The notes: a model not told the origin generated them from the sequence alone. Positions 11,995-23,266 are shown, numbered from the whole stretch's first letter. The stretch: DNA of 62,772 nucleotides, filler included, from Circinaria calcarea (GCA_051942165.1; 38 parts of 38 records of this genome joined end to end with filler, not necessarily neighbours in it); one strand, 5' to 3'. Made by a program: numbers and translations.

Positions 11995-13054
11995 GTTTTT
12001 CTTCATACGATTTAAAATATCGTGGAATCTATTTACAGGCAGTAGCACTGCGTAAATAAAAACGTTATATTTAAATAAAGAGAAGAGCTTAAGAAATAAG
12101 TTCGATAACTAAACGAAAGAAAAGGGTATGAAAACATTATAAGGGTCTCTACCCGAGAACCCCTACGAACCCTACGGGGGAACTATCTTCCGAGGTCACG
12201 AGGTAGTGGCTTGGTGGTGAGAATGGGTTTTTCGGAATGCAGCAAATCACAGCTACTTATTCAAAATGATTTTCTACTACCGAAAATTTGGAGTGGAATG
12301 ATCTCCATTTTTTTTAGGCGTGAACCCCTCATTTAAAACTACAAGTTATTGGGCACCTTCCTCCCTAAGTTAGGAAAGTGCCCCACAGTGGGGAAGGTTT
12401 TCTGGCGAAGCGTTACACTAGAATTCCTTAGCAATAATTCATATGTTTATGCGAACCCATTGAGCACATTATCACACAATTGACCGAACCTTATCGTAGG
12501 ATCATTATATTATTCGTAAAGGATCCTTACAGTTTACTTATCCTGTTTTCTAGTACCGTGCTTTGGTCGGTCGCCAAATTTTGACTGAACTTAGGTAATT
12601 TTCGCTATATAATAACCGTAACCGTAACCGTGAGCAAGAGCGAGAGCGAGAAAGAGGATGGGAATAGGAAGCGCAAACCGGGGCAAAGTGCACGCATAAT
12701 AATCCGCACCCCTCCCTTTGATCTGAGCCCATCGGTTTAGGCAAGGGAGGCCGTGTGACGGCTTTTAAAACAATAGTTTAGACGACAGAAAATAGGAGGG
12801 AAACCATCAGACCATCTAAAGTAGCGCTATTGGGATTTGGACCCAATTCTGGTGATATTTCCTCCGTATCTTTGATTGTGCGTCCACACGCTTCCAGATA
12901 GTTATCATTTCAATATAGCAATTAAAGTTTGACGCTGGATCGCCTAGAGCTCTAGATATGGCAACTTCGCTAGTGGTGCTGTCGTCACCATTTGCTACGA
13001 CAGATTCACAAACTTTCCATCATCCTAGACTCTCCATCGGCTTTACCTCCTTCC

Positions 13055-13201
13055 TTAAGAATTTCGCACCTTTTCAAGCTGAGTCGTAAGCGCCTCCAGC
13101 CTCTTCATCACGTCATGGTGACAAACCTCCACGGCCAAGGGCGACACTGGGACCGTGCTACCTCGCTTTGCCAGCGCGGTGATGCTCTTGAAAATCTCAT
13201 T
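13055..13201 (-). CDS. Possible 3' end of an unknown gene
   Basis: Open frame from the contig edge, NEIFKSITALAKRGSTVPVSPLAVEVCHHDVMKRLEALTTQLEKVRNS*; no motif recognised. Confidence 0.3.
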   Translation of the reverse strand, partial: NEIFKSITALAKRGSTVPVSPLAVEVCHHDVMKRLEALTTQLEKVRNS

Positions 13202-13301
13202 NNNNNNNNNNNNNNNNNNNNNNNNNNNNNNNNNNNNNNNNNNNNTTAATTAATTAANNNNNNNNNNNNNNNNNNNNNNNNNNNNNNNNNNNNNNNNNNN
13301 N

Positions 13302-13437
13302 AAGAGGGAAAGAGGGAAAGAGGGAAAGAGGGAAAGAGGGAAAGAGGGAAAGAGGGAAAGAGGGAAAGAGGGAAAGAGGGAAAGAGGGAAAGAGGGAAAG
13401 AGGGAAAGAGGGAAAGAGGGAAAGAGGGAAAGAGGGA
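13302..13437. repeat. (AAAGAGGG)n tandem repeat, ~17 units, at contig start
   Basis: Perfect 8-mer array read directly. Confidence 0.98.
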
Positions 13438-14196
13438 CGGGAAGGGAGAGACAGGAAGGGAAGGGCTGTTACAAAGGGTAAGGGGTTTGAAACGGAGAAG
13501 ATGGGGGAGGTTCCGGAAAGAAGAGGATGAGTAGATATTTAATAACAAAGATAAACTTATAGATAATGCCTCCTCCTACCTGCATTAGCATTCCCCCCCC
13601 TAAATTCATATCACCAAATTCACTGGCCCCGTACCCCATACCTCCTAAAAATTATCCGAAGTAGAAATTGTTATTCTTTCCAGCGCCCAGGGGGTGGGGC
13701 GGCGGGGGAACTTCATGACCTAACCCTAGGCCCCTAGAATAATAATCGAAAAAATAAAAATAACCTAGCTAAACAATTGCACATTATCTATACCTACTCA
13801 ATTTAACTTAGGTAGTGGATAGGATAGGATAGGATGGATATACTCCGTAGGGATACTCCGTAGACCGTAGGAACTTCTTCTTCTTCCCCCAAAATATATA
13901 TTAAAAACAATAAAATAATAAGCGCCAAGATCGAAAAAGGGTCCGCCAAGTAAAACGGAGATCACGTGAAGAATTTTAAAATCTAATCCCTAGACTCTTT
14001 CGCACTTGCAGTTTCGATGCACTCACGAAAAATAAATAATTTTTAGAAAATAGAGGCTTAAATTAAAGAGCGGGATTCAGCAATTAAAATAAGCTCTTAT
14101 TATTAATAATCTATAATAAGGCGCAATAGTTATATCGTATTAAATATATGGATATATATAGAAGCACGGCAGAAGAGTATATTAAAAAAATAAAGG

Positions 14197-14863
14197 TGTA
14201 AGGGCGCTGCAATCCTTGAGGCCTAATGAGGAATATGTTAAGTCTCGATTGGTAATAGCACGGTCACATAGGGTGTAGTTGAACTGTTGCCCTATGTTAT
14301 GGCGCCACGCCATACCAGTTACGCTAAACCCCAAGAAGCCTACCGTCGGGGCGGAGGAACCCGACACCGGTGCTCAGAGTGCTCAGGAGCACTTGGCACC
14401 AGAGCCATCTGAGCATAGTAGGCAGCATGCTCAGAGGGCTCAGGAGGATCAGGGGGTTGAGCCATCTGAGCCACCTGAGCAACTACAGTATATAGCAGGC
14501 TGTTCCCGTTCACTTAGAATAGCATGCTTATAGACCGTGTTCAATAGACTCTATACTATTGAGCCTAGGGTAACAGTTCAACTACGCCCTATGTAACCGT
14601 GCTATCACCAATCGGGACTTATCATATTCCTCAATAGGCCCCAAGGATTGCAGCGCCCTTACACCCTAGGCTCAATAGTAAGGAGTCTATTGAACACGGT
14701 CTATAAGCATGCTATTCTAAAGAGCGGGAATAGCCTGCTATATATAACACTCTGCTCACTGTGCTCACCTTCCCGAGCACCATGAGCATACCGAGCATTC
14801 TGCTCACCCTGCTCATTCTGCTCACCCCCATGAGCACCATGAGCACACTGAGCATTCCCACGG
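14197..14863 (-). mobile_element. LTR in reverse orientation, interrupted at 14294/14664 by a nested solo LTR; runs off contig end
   Basis: 14197-14294 is the reverse complement of the family LTR 3' end (TGTAAGGGCGCTGCAATCC...) and resumes at 14664 (CCCTAGGCTCAATAG...AAGCATGCTATTCTAAAGAGCGGG). Confidence 0.85.
14295..14663 (+). mobile_element. Complete solo LTR (369 bp) with 5-bp target-site duplication CCCTA
   Basis: TGTTA...TTACA termini; CCCTA at 14290-14294 and 14664-14668; internal GAGCA/TGCTC-rich repeats and TATATA box. Confidence 0.9.
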
Positions 14864-16439
14864 NNNNNNNNNNNNNNNNNNNNNNNNNNNNNNNNNNNNN
14901 NNNNNNNTTAATTAATTAANNNNNNNNNNNNNNNNNNNNNNNNNNNNNNNNNNNNNNNNNNNNGATCTCACGTTGCAGGTGCGGTACAGGACTGATGCAC
15001 CTTCAGTCGGCGCGCTCGATAACATCATCGGGAGATGCGATCGGCCCAAGAAATTATGATGGAAGATTAACTTCTCAACATAGATCATTTGGAGGGCTGA
15101 TGTGCAGAACGGTCTGGTCTCAAAGAACATGGAGCGCATTAGTGCCAACATAACTCGTGTGGGGTTTACGGAGTTCCTCGCCCTGCTAGAGAGACGTCGA
15201 ACTCACTACCTCTGTCCAATCACCGAACAACTGCTTAGAACATGGAGCAATGGCAAAGCGAAGTATTATCAAATCCACGGTTTGGTTACCGGGATGTGCG
15301 GCGATAGGATGCCATCTACGATACTCCGTTTGAGAATACCTTTCGAGAACAAGTTACTTCAGGATCCGGTTGCACTGTATGCAGACTTAGACCAGCCACT
15401 GAGCAAGAATATGCGTCAAGGATCGAGGGTAAATGTTTGTCGAGAATAGAGCTATGGGGCATTCTTTGGATTGGCGGATATCGAGTGGCTTGGTTGAAGG
15501 GTTACCGTGTATATTCCTTACCTCGTGCGAGTACCTCCCGTCTGCCAACTCAAAGGTATCACCCCCTGAGCCTCCACGTACTTATGAAGCTGCTGTCGAT
15601 TCTAGAGGCCTAGGATATTAGTCACTCTTGACAATAGAGACTGGGAGTGGACCCATGCGATCTCCACCTGCTGTTTTCTAGCCGAGCTTCCTTAGCAATG
15701 ACACCGGGCGGTTCCAATCAGCTCCCAATGCCTCCAGTTGACCTGAAAGCTCTTAAGATCTGGAGAGAGACGAATGGACCTTTGAGCAGCTTTTCAACTT
15801 ATGAGTGGACTTTATGTAATGGTGTGACATATAGTCTCCCATAGAGCTGTAAGTGACGCCGGGCGTGTTGCTGTGGTTAGGAATTCACCGCGACAAGTGA
15901 TCCATGTTGCCGGTGCCTTTGTGTAGGTAGGCGTATTGGGCTTAGTATGGCAGGCCGCAAACTTCCCCAACTAGTAGAATAAGCTGAAAAGCCAACAGTA
16001 ATAGGAAGCACAGAAGAAAGTGCAGTCTGTACAAGGCCAGCAGTCTCTTTACAGTGTCAAGGAAGGGAGGTTAAGAAAGCACCATACGTGCTACTTCGTA
16101 CAGCATCGCATTCTGACCTTGGGAGAGGGCCGAGTTGAAAGGATCCTTCGGCCGAAAGTATGATTTAGCTGTGGAAGAACTTGAGAAAGGTGACCCTTTG
16201 GTAAGTATTCTATCTTTTTCCCTCCATCATGAGTGTAGAAGCTATTCCCAGGTCCGATCCGGCCCGAGATCTCCTCCGTGTTCGTGCAAGCTCAGCCTTA
16301 CCATGACTTGGACCTCTCCCCTTGCATCTGCCCAATTTTTGTGAGATTATACACGAGGTTAGTAGATTATCCTTCGAATAGACATGCGCGTGTACGTCCA
16401 GAGTTATGTTTCGCAAAGGACTCCGTAGGGATACACGCC

Positions 16440-16524
16440 ATGCACTTCATCCGGCCCACATGGCTTACTCATGGCGGTGAGAAGAAAGACTTCGAGGTTT
16501 ACAGCTGTCACGTCTCCCCAGATG
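16440..16524 (+). CDS. HIR1: Histone chaperone HIRA/Hir1, N-terminal fragment
   Basis: MHFIRPTWLTHGGEKKDFEVYSCHVSPD is the conserved Pezizomycotina Hir1 start. Confidence 0.9.
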
Positions 16525-16624
16525 NNNNNNNNNNNNNNNNNNNNNNNNNNNNNNNNNNNNNNNNNNNNTTAATTAATTAANNNNNNNNNNNNNNNNNNNN
16601 NNNNNNNNNNNNNNNNNNNNNNNN

Positions 16625-17736
16625 GGTATCATCGTAGTTGAGTTCTCCTACACCTCTAGTTGGGATTGGGCGACGAAATGCGGAGGAACGCGCGGCGGGT
16701 GGAGCTGCCACGGCGCGCTGAAAGGGTGTAAAGGTGTTGCCAGTCATTTCTGCACGTGTATTTGCGATGTTGCTGCGTACTGCGGGAGCGGCCTGGGAAG
16801 GATAAAAGGTCTGTGGCCAAGGTTGCTGGAACGCAAAAGCCTGTCCTGCAGGAGTGTGCAACTTGTCATTCAGGTTTTTTCCAGCGACTGCAGCACCTGT
16901 TCAGGACATTGTTCAGCAATAATGCCAGATCAGGTCAAGAGGCAGAAATACTTACGTCCTTGTCTAAGAGTCACAGGTTTCTCTGCAACTTTTCCAGTCC
17001 ACACGTGGGCATAAGCACATTGGTCTTCAGTCCATCTGCACGGACCTTCTTTATACCAATAGTAACAGGTCAGGTGTTTGACAGAGCGTTTCTCGGCCTG
17101 CTTAGCAAGTGGCCCCTGTTTACGAGCGTCTCCACCGTTGTAGTTTGGTACAGATTGATGAGCAAAGTTAGTAGGGTGATGAGGATGCGGTGTAGGATAA
17201 ATAGGCACACTGAACTGATTCAGTAGCCCAGGACGATGTGGAGAGTATTCAATACCAGATGTAGGCTGCTGATGGTACTGGGCAGAATATCCTGGAGCGC
17301 TCTGTGGGTAGTAGCCTGGAGCTGCCTGTAGGTAGCGAGAAACTGTCTGTGGGTTGTCTGGAGCGTGGGTGTATGGGTGTTGCGCAAGAGTAGGGCCTGG
17401 AGCTGCCTGTTGATAACCAGCAGTGTGGTTGTACGAGTTATTTGCAAAAGCAGGATGGTGAGGAGAATAGCCAAAGGCAGGATGGGTGTGCTGGTCAGAC
17501 GAACGAAATGAGTATTGAGGGTATTCCAATAGCTTATGGCTGGGCCCAGACACAACAGGCTTGTCGGTGAGTGGAGCGAGCACGTCTGCAGGTTGTTCCG
17601 GGTGGCCAGCGGCATAGCTATTGTCCGACTCACGAATAAGAGAGTCTAGATCTGTAGGCAAATGGGCTTGGACCGGAGACAAGGAGCCTTGGCCGGCGTA
17701 TCCATCCTCCTTCTCCTTCACAGTCGGTGACTCCAT
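16625..17736 (-). CDS. CCCH zinc-finger protein; intron 16897-16955; 3'-truncated
   Basis: KHLTCYYWYKEGPCRWTEDQCAYAH (C-x8-C-x6-C-x3-H) after a Pro/Tyr/Gln-rich region; spliced continuation RAAVAGKN. Confidence 0.8.
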
Positions 17737-18285
17737 TTTTCCGAGATGACCGCTTAGACTTCCAGAGATGGATGTAAACTAGAGAGTAATGACCCTGATG
17801 ATAGCCTTTCGCCTCGTTAACGACTTTGCACCAAGGGAATAAAACTGAGGTGAAGGGTTTGTTTGTTGTGGTGATAAAACTCTGGATGCTCGCTTATGAG
17901 TCTCGGCAGATTTGAGGCTCTTTCGCGTTGACCAAGCTGCGTTCACGACCTAACCTTACAAGGCGGATGTCCCAGGCTATATTCCGTAGCTATTAAGGTG
18001 GAAAATGTATACTTACTGTTTGTGCAATCAACCGTAATTCTTTGCGTCACAAAGACAATTACGGCATATCCGTGGGCCGCAAGTTACCCCTGACATAGGT
18101 GGAGTATCTGAACTCCTATGGAGTAACCTGTGGACCATCCATCCCTCTTCGCTGGCGCTGAGTTCTCCTTAATCCGAGCGAGTATNNNNNNNNNNNNNNN
18201 NNNNNNNNNNNNNNNNNNNNNNNNNNNNNTTAATTAATTAANNNNNNNNNNNNNNNNNNNNNNNNNNNNNNNNNNNNNNNNNNNN

Positions 18286-18909
18286 TCGCCTTGGGTATCA
18301 CGAATCACAATGGAAGCGATTTCACAAGAAATTTCAGAAATTGACGGACGCAGTCCAGAAAGTGTTTACGAACTTCTTCGAACTGTCTTCCACACTGGTA
18401 AGATTCTTGCCTTCTTTAGAGATAACACCGTCTTTTATGCTAATAATGTTTTAGCACGTCTTGGTTAAAACCTCCCAGAATGGAGGTAAGAAGCTCCAAT
18501 TTCGTTTCGGCGAATTGCTAGACTCAAAGCAATCGAGAAATCTCTTGATAATATTACCAAGAAGACCAAGTACGAGGGAGGCGTTGAGTCAGAACCAGCA
18601 ACAGAGCTATGGCAGCTCGCATTCCAGAGATGCGAAGAATCACGTAAAAAACGCAACGAGCATGTTAGGGCTAATTATAGTAGCCTTGACATCAACGCAA
18701 GAAATTCAAAGATCGAGTGGCAGAAGGACTACCGTCGACGACATAAAGAGGAGAGCAATAGGAAGAGACGGGAAAAACGAGCGAAAGAACGCGATGCCGC
18801 AGGTGTGAAGAAAGAGAAAGGGAAGCCTCGGGGATCGTATTCCAAATCAGCAAAAGACTTTCGAGAATTTAAAGCTACTCAAGAACAACAACAACAACAA
18901 CAGTCATGA
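18286..18909 (+). pseudogene. Spliced hypothetical gene with two in-frame TAA stops (probable RIP of CAA)
   Basis: Intron 18398-18454 (GTAAGA...GCTAAT...TAG); frame continues ARLG*NLPEWR*EAPISFRRIARLKAIEK... to a basic/poly-Q C-terminus; stops at 18466 and 18487. Confidence 0.55.
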
Positions 18910-19381
18910 AAAGGAAAGAGAATCATGTTGCAAGGTATCTTAATGTCACGAACGCCTGCTAGCAAAGCCTCAGAGCATGGCTGCAGCGACTACCCCTACA
19001 GGGCGCTTGCGTGGCCGTAGGCCGTCTTACCTTAGATAGTCGTCGGGTAGCGACGCCTGCCGGATTCAACCATCTTCTCCAAATGCTTGTTTTCGCCTTT
19101 GGCCTTCCACTCAGGAAGTTATTTCGGCGTGTCAGATCCTGTTACCCTCGGGACTGGCAAGTCTTCCAATTGTTGCTCAGGACTCCGGGGCGTAGGTAGC
19201 GACTCTCGGCACCGAGTCAGTGCGCTACCCCTCCAGCCCTCTTACCCCCGTTCATAGTAAAGCGTAATGGGTAAGTAAACAAACAAAAATCCATAGTGCG
19301 CTAATCGGGATGACCTCGGAATTACTGCACCCACTACCATAGTGCCCTGGCGAAAAAAGAGCAAAAAAAAGAAAAATTCAT

Positions 19382-19452
19382 TGTATCGGCCGGGAATCGA
19401 ACCCGGGCCCAGTATATGGCAAACACTGATTGTACCACTCAACCACCGATAC
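19382..19452 (-). tRNA. tRNA-Gly (GCC), atypical U2:A71 acceptor pair
   Basis: GTATCGG/CCGATAC acceptor stem, GTTG/CAAT D-stem with AGTGGTA loop, AGTGT/ATACT anticodon stem with TTGCCAT loop, CCGGG-TTCGATT-CCCGG T-arm, discriminator A, downstream T-tracts. Confidence 0.88.
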
Positions 19453-19946
19453 TTCAATGGAATAATGGCTGATATATTGAAATATAAACCTAAAAATTCA
19501 ACTATCTCCATCGCAGACTCACCTTCAACCAAGGTCAAATACCCAAATCCTGCGCAAACTAGCCTTGTTGCGCGATTTTAGGGCAGCCATTATCCTACTG
19601 GAGGAGTATAGTCAGACCCTAGTTTAATCCATATAGATGTCATCAGTTTGTTGTGACTAAAATGGCTATGGCCCGGGCAAATTCCACTCAGCCACACGCA
19701 GCCACAGTTACTTTATATTGTGGAAGTGTTGTAGGTGCGACATGTATCCATCGTGCGCATCTTACCAGCTATGTAACTGGACCTACACTAAGGAACGCCT
19801 GCCCAAACCTTCACGCTCTTTGCGCACCTTGTCACCCACAGTGTTCNNNNNNNNNNNNNNNNNNNNNNNNNNNNNNNNNNNNNNNNNNNNTTAATTAATT
19901 AANNNNNNNNNNNNNNNNNNNNNNNNNNNNNNNNNNNNNNNNNNNN

Positions 19947-20466
19947 CAAGTGAGCGTTTGGTAAACAGCGATTTTGATTTTTGCGAATACATACAAATTT
20001 AGTGCCTTGGCATAAATAGGTCCGGACCTACTTCTTGCGATTATGAAAATCGATTTTGCGCTAAAAAACACGACAAAAAATGGATGACATCGATGAATTT
20101 TATGCTGTACAGGCAGTAATTATTATTCTAGCTTACTACATATCAAATAATTATGTTGTGAATCCTCGTAATACTTCTATTTTGACCGGTGAAGCATATC
20201 TAACTGAATTAATAAAGCCATAATGTTTAAACTGAGTTATGTATAGCTTCAAGATATGAACAATGGGAACGTTGATTATTTTTGTTATGATTTCATGATT
20301 TTCCCAATGTGAAATGATAAAATTTACTAGTGATTAGCCTATAATTTTGATCCTTGCGAGCGGGGAATCACAGTTTCCACAATCGCCAGAATCGCACTTC
20401 CCAAACACCCTTTCGCAATTACGCAAAATCGATTGTGACAATCGGGGGTTGCCAAACAGGCCCTTA
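19947..20466 (+). mobile_element. PIF/Harbinger non-autonomous deletion derivative
   Basis: Right end CCAAACAGGCCC followed by TTA (reverse complement GGGCCTGTTTGG); degenerate left end GTGAGCGTTTGG; internal ORF stub 20080-20223 with PRNTSILTGEAYLTELI. Confidence 0.7.
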
Positions 20467-20853
20467 AATGGCAGACTGTGATGCTTTTGATGTTCTAGGA
20501 AACACAGGTATAACAACCTGAGGAGGTATAACAACATGAGGCTGATGCAGCGCTGTCCACCAACGTTGTTGTTTTAAGCCGCCGAGCAACTCGGCGAATA
20601 GCTTTCGAAAGCACAACAACAGCTTCTCCGGTAGTATTAACTCCTTAGCAGATGCTCATCCAAACGTGAATCACTAACAACAACAATTGTATTCGGCATT
20701 GCGCCCTAGTTGCATTTCAAATATGGTGTTGCTCTCTCTCCCTCTTCTGACCGCACTGTTTCTTTACTCTCTTCCACTTCTTTTCGAGTTTTACTGGCTT
20801 AAATCTCACATTGCTTGCTTCATCGTTGGACGATTTGCTATTAACCTGGGCCC

Positions 20854-21506
20854 ATGGTTCTCAATTTCCCCAGGTGGGATCGCCTCACTTCTGTACCCAT
20901 TCACGAGGTTATTGTACCGGAAGAAGACCACAATAGCTTCTCAATCTCTCATCCTCAACATCTACTCCTTATTGATACCCCCCTAGCATCCGAAGGGAAC
21001 GTGCATCATGGCCACGGCTCTCACTCGGCGGCTCCAGCAAAGACTCCCAACCATGTTGTTCACGAGTTCCGCAACGACAGCACATCGTCGTCGTCCTACG
21101 AATCCCGCAGTGACGGGCACGCAGTGACACGCGATCCCGATCAACCTACTCTGAAAAGGGCCCATGAAGCTCCTACGATCCAGTTGTTCTTTGACCTATT
21201 TTTCGTCGCCAACCTAACTACTTTTACCCATATCCACGAAATTGACGATTGGTCGAGTAAGTTCCTAATCGTTGTCGGCTGTGGCAGTCAGCGCCAGCAG
21301 TCTAGATTTACTAACATCATATAGCTCTCAAGTCCTATCTAGGCTACTTTGGTCTCATTTGGTTTACCTGGTTCCAGAATACTCTGTTTGATGTCCGCTT
21401 CAGTAATGACTCGGCCTTTGAGCGAATGTGCAAGGCTTTGCAATTCGGCATCATGACTGGCTTTGCTGTTACTGGCCCTGGTTATAACACTGGCTGGACT
21501 CTAGGA
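20854..21506 (+). CDS. Fungal LtrA-like (low temperature requirement A) membrane protein; intron 21257-21324; 3'-truncated
   Basis: HEAPTIQLFFDLFFVANLTTFT..H.I...LKSY.G.F..IWFTWFQ..LFDVRF..DS.FER..KA.QFG.M.GFA. Confidence 0.75.
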
Positions 21507-21606
21507 NNNNNNNNNNNNNNNNNNNNNNNNNNNNNNNNNNNNNNNNNNNNTTAATTAATTAANNNNNNNNNNNNNNNNNNNNNNNNNNNNNNNNNNNNNN
21601 NNNNNN

Positions 21607-21748
21607 AAGCACGGAGACGGATTCTTTGATCAAGAGTAACACAGCTTGAAGGAAGAGATTCTTGATCCTCGAGCTGGATGGGAGCTGTGTCAATGGAAAA
21701 AGTCGAGCTCGGATGAGGAATGGCGTGGATTTCTCGGATGCTTGGCAT
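21607..21748 (-). CDS. Possible 5' end of an unknown gene divergent from QCR8
   Basis: ATG at 21748 opens MPSIREIHAIPHPSSTFSIDTAPIQLEDQESLPSSCVTLDQRIRLRA to the contig edge. Confidence 0.4.
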
Positions 21749-21866
21749 TTGAGGCTCTGTAATCTGGGTGAAACCCGCATTATGTTACAATTCACGAGCT
21801 TTCATCAACTACAGATAGTCATAAGCCACTACTGCCTTTTCTCGTCGCTTCTAGACCGATTCTACA

Positions 21867-22574
21867 ATGGGAGGTGGCAGTGAGCCTTTGGATACGAAGC
21901 ATGGAAAGTAAGTCAACCCCCCAAGCTCCGGAGTTTCTCAATGAGAAATGGACTTCGCGCGGGAATGCCGAATGATCTCTTGAGTCGAATAATCACAGCT
22001 GCTGATGTACAGCTTTACTATTACTGCCTTGACTGACATTGATTACAGGTTTCTTGGTGGATGGGGCAATCTTGGTAAACCCCCACGAGCTCTTTAATCC
22101 AGACACTCGAAACATCGAGTTGTATCCCAGAGAAAAGCTGTCAGATTATCAAGGACACTCGGGAGCGCTACATCAGTTGGAGGCTACGAGAGAAGCTGAT
22201 GGAAATCCATCATAGGCTCGCAGACACAAAAAGGCATAGTCACATATGCCATATCAGCCAACCGACAACGGCCGTTAGCCGGTGTACTCAACGCTGCGAT
22301 ATTCAACACATGGCGAAGGTTTAAAGCACAAGCCCTCTATGTCCTACCACCTTTGGCCATTGCGTACGCTACCATGAAATGGGCCATCGAGAAGTAAGTT
22401 CGCCTTCATAAATAGAGGTTCGAAAGGATAGGGCGTGATCTAGCCCGATAATAGGAAAGAGAGCTGACCTGGGATCGGTTGAGTAGGAACGAATACTATA
22501 ACTCCAAGGAGGGCCGTCTGCACGATAGTGAGGCTGCGGAGGAGGCCACTCAAGGCGGGACCGTACGGGGTTAA
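21867..22574 (+). CDS. QCR8: Cytochrome bc1 complex subunit 8; exons 21867-21907, 22049-22074, 22216-22393, 22487-22574 (missed by the ORF track)
   Basis: Spliced product MGGGSEPLDTKHGKFLGGWGNLGSQTQKGIVTYAISANRQRPLAGVLNAAIFNTWRRFKAQALYVLPP...NEYYNSKEGR; canonical introns. Confidence 0.95.
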
Positions 22575-22995
22575 TTGGGAATATTAGAGCCTGCTGTCGT
22601 TGTCAAAATCACTCCCTTGAGAGATGTACACTACTAGAGCTTCTGCGTAGTCTTAGTCATGCTGTCATCGATCCTCACAAAAGGAGCAGAATGTTTTCAG
22701 TGTCATGCTAGAGACAAACCTCCTGTCTGTAGTACTATCGTTTTAGCCCACACTTGTAGCCTTGAGAACCGGAGAAGTATAAGCTCTCAATACAACTGAA
22801 TCAATCCTAGCGATTAGCCTTTGAAACCTGAACTCGAGAGTTTCTAAACACCGATAGGGCTATAAGCAGGGCTAAGCTGTACTAGCGGCTGCCGAGCTTA
22901 AAGCTCACCTCGAAAATTCGCGACTCGCATCTTCGAGCTCTCGGCACCTAATTCAGTGTCCGAAACTCACCACTTCTTCTCCACGCATTCTCACA

Positions 22996-23166
22996 ATGGC
23001 AAAGGAGAAAAGCACAGACAAAGAGGAACGGAGGAAGGAAAGAAAAGAGAAGAAGGAGAAAAAGGAGAAGCGATCCCAGAAGGAGGGAGTCCACAAGAGC
23101 AAAAAAGACAAAAAGGAGAAGAAGGTCCTTGAAGCTGCAGAGGAGGCCAATGTCACAACTGCGCTT
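22996..23166 (+). CDS. Lys/Glu-rich N-terminus resembling H/ACA snoRNP protein Nhp2 of filamentous fungi (3'-truncated)
   Basis: MAKEK...KEKKEKRSQKEGVHKSKKDKKEKK; low complexity, so identity is tentative. Confidence 0.5.
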
Positions 23167-23266
23167 NNNNNNNNNNNNNNNNNNNNNNNNNNNNNNNNNN
23201 NNNNNNNNNNTTAATTAATTAANNNNNNNNNNNNNNNNNNNNNNNNNNNNNNNNNNNNNNNNNNNN

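Noticed and set aside
13302..13437. Non-canonical telomere
   Set aside because: The G-rich strand points into the contig, several different units occur in the window, and no TTAGGG array is present.
14197..14663. A DNA transposon with 98-bp TIRs
   Set aside because: The CCCTA duplication and the resumption of the outer LTR at 14664 show that the inverted ends arise from nested LTR insertion.
18944..19352. Solo LTR starting TGTCACG beside the tRNA
   Set aside because: No convincing CA end, TSD or second copy in the window.
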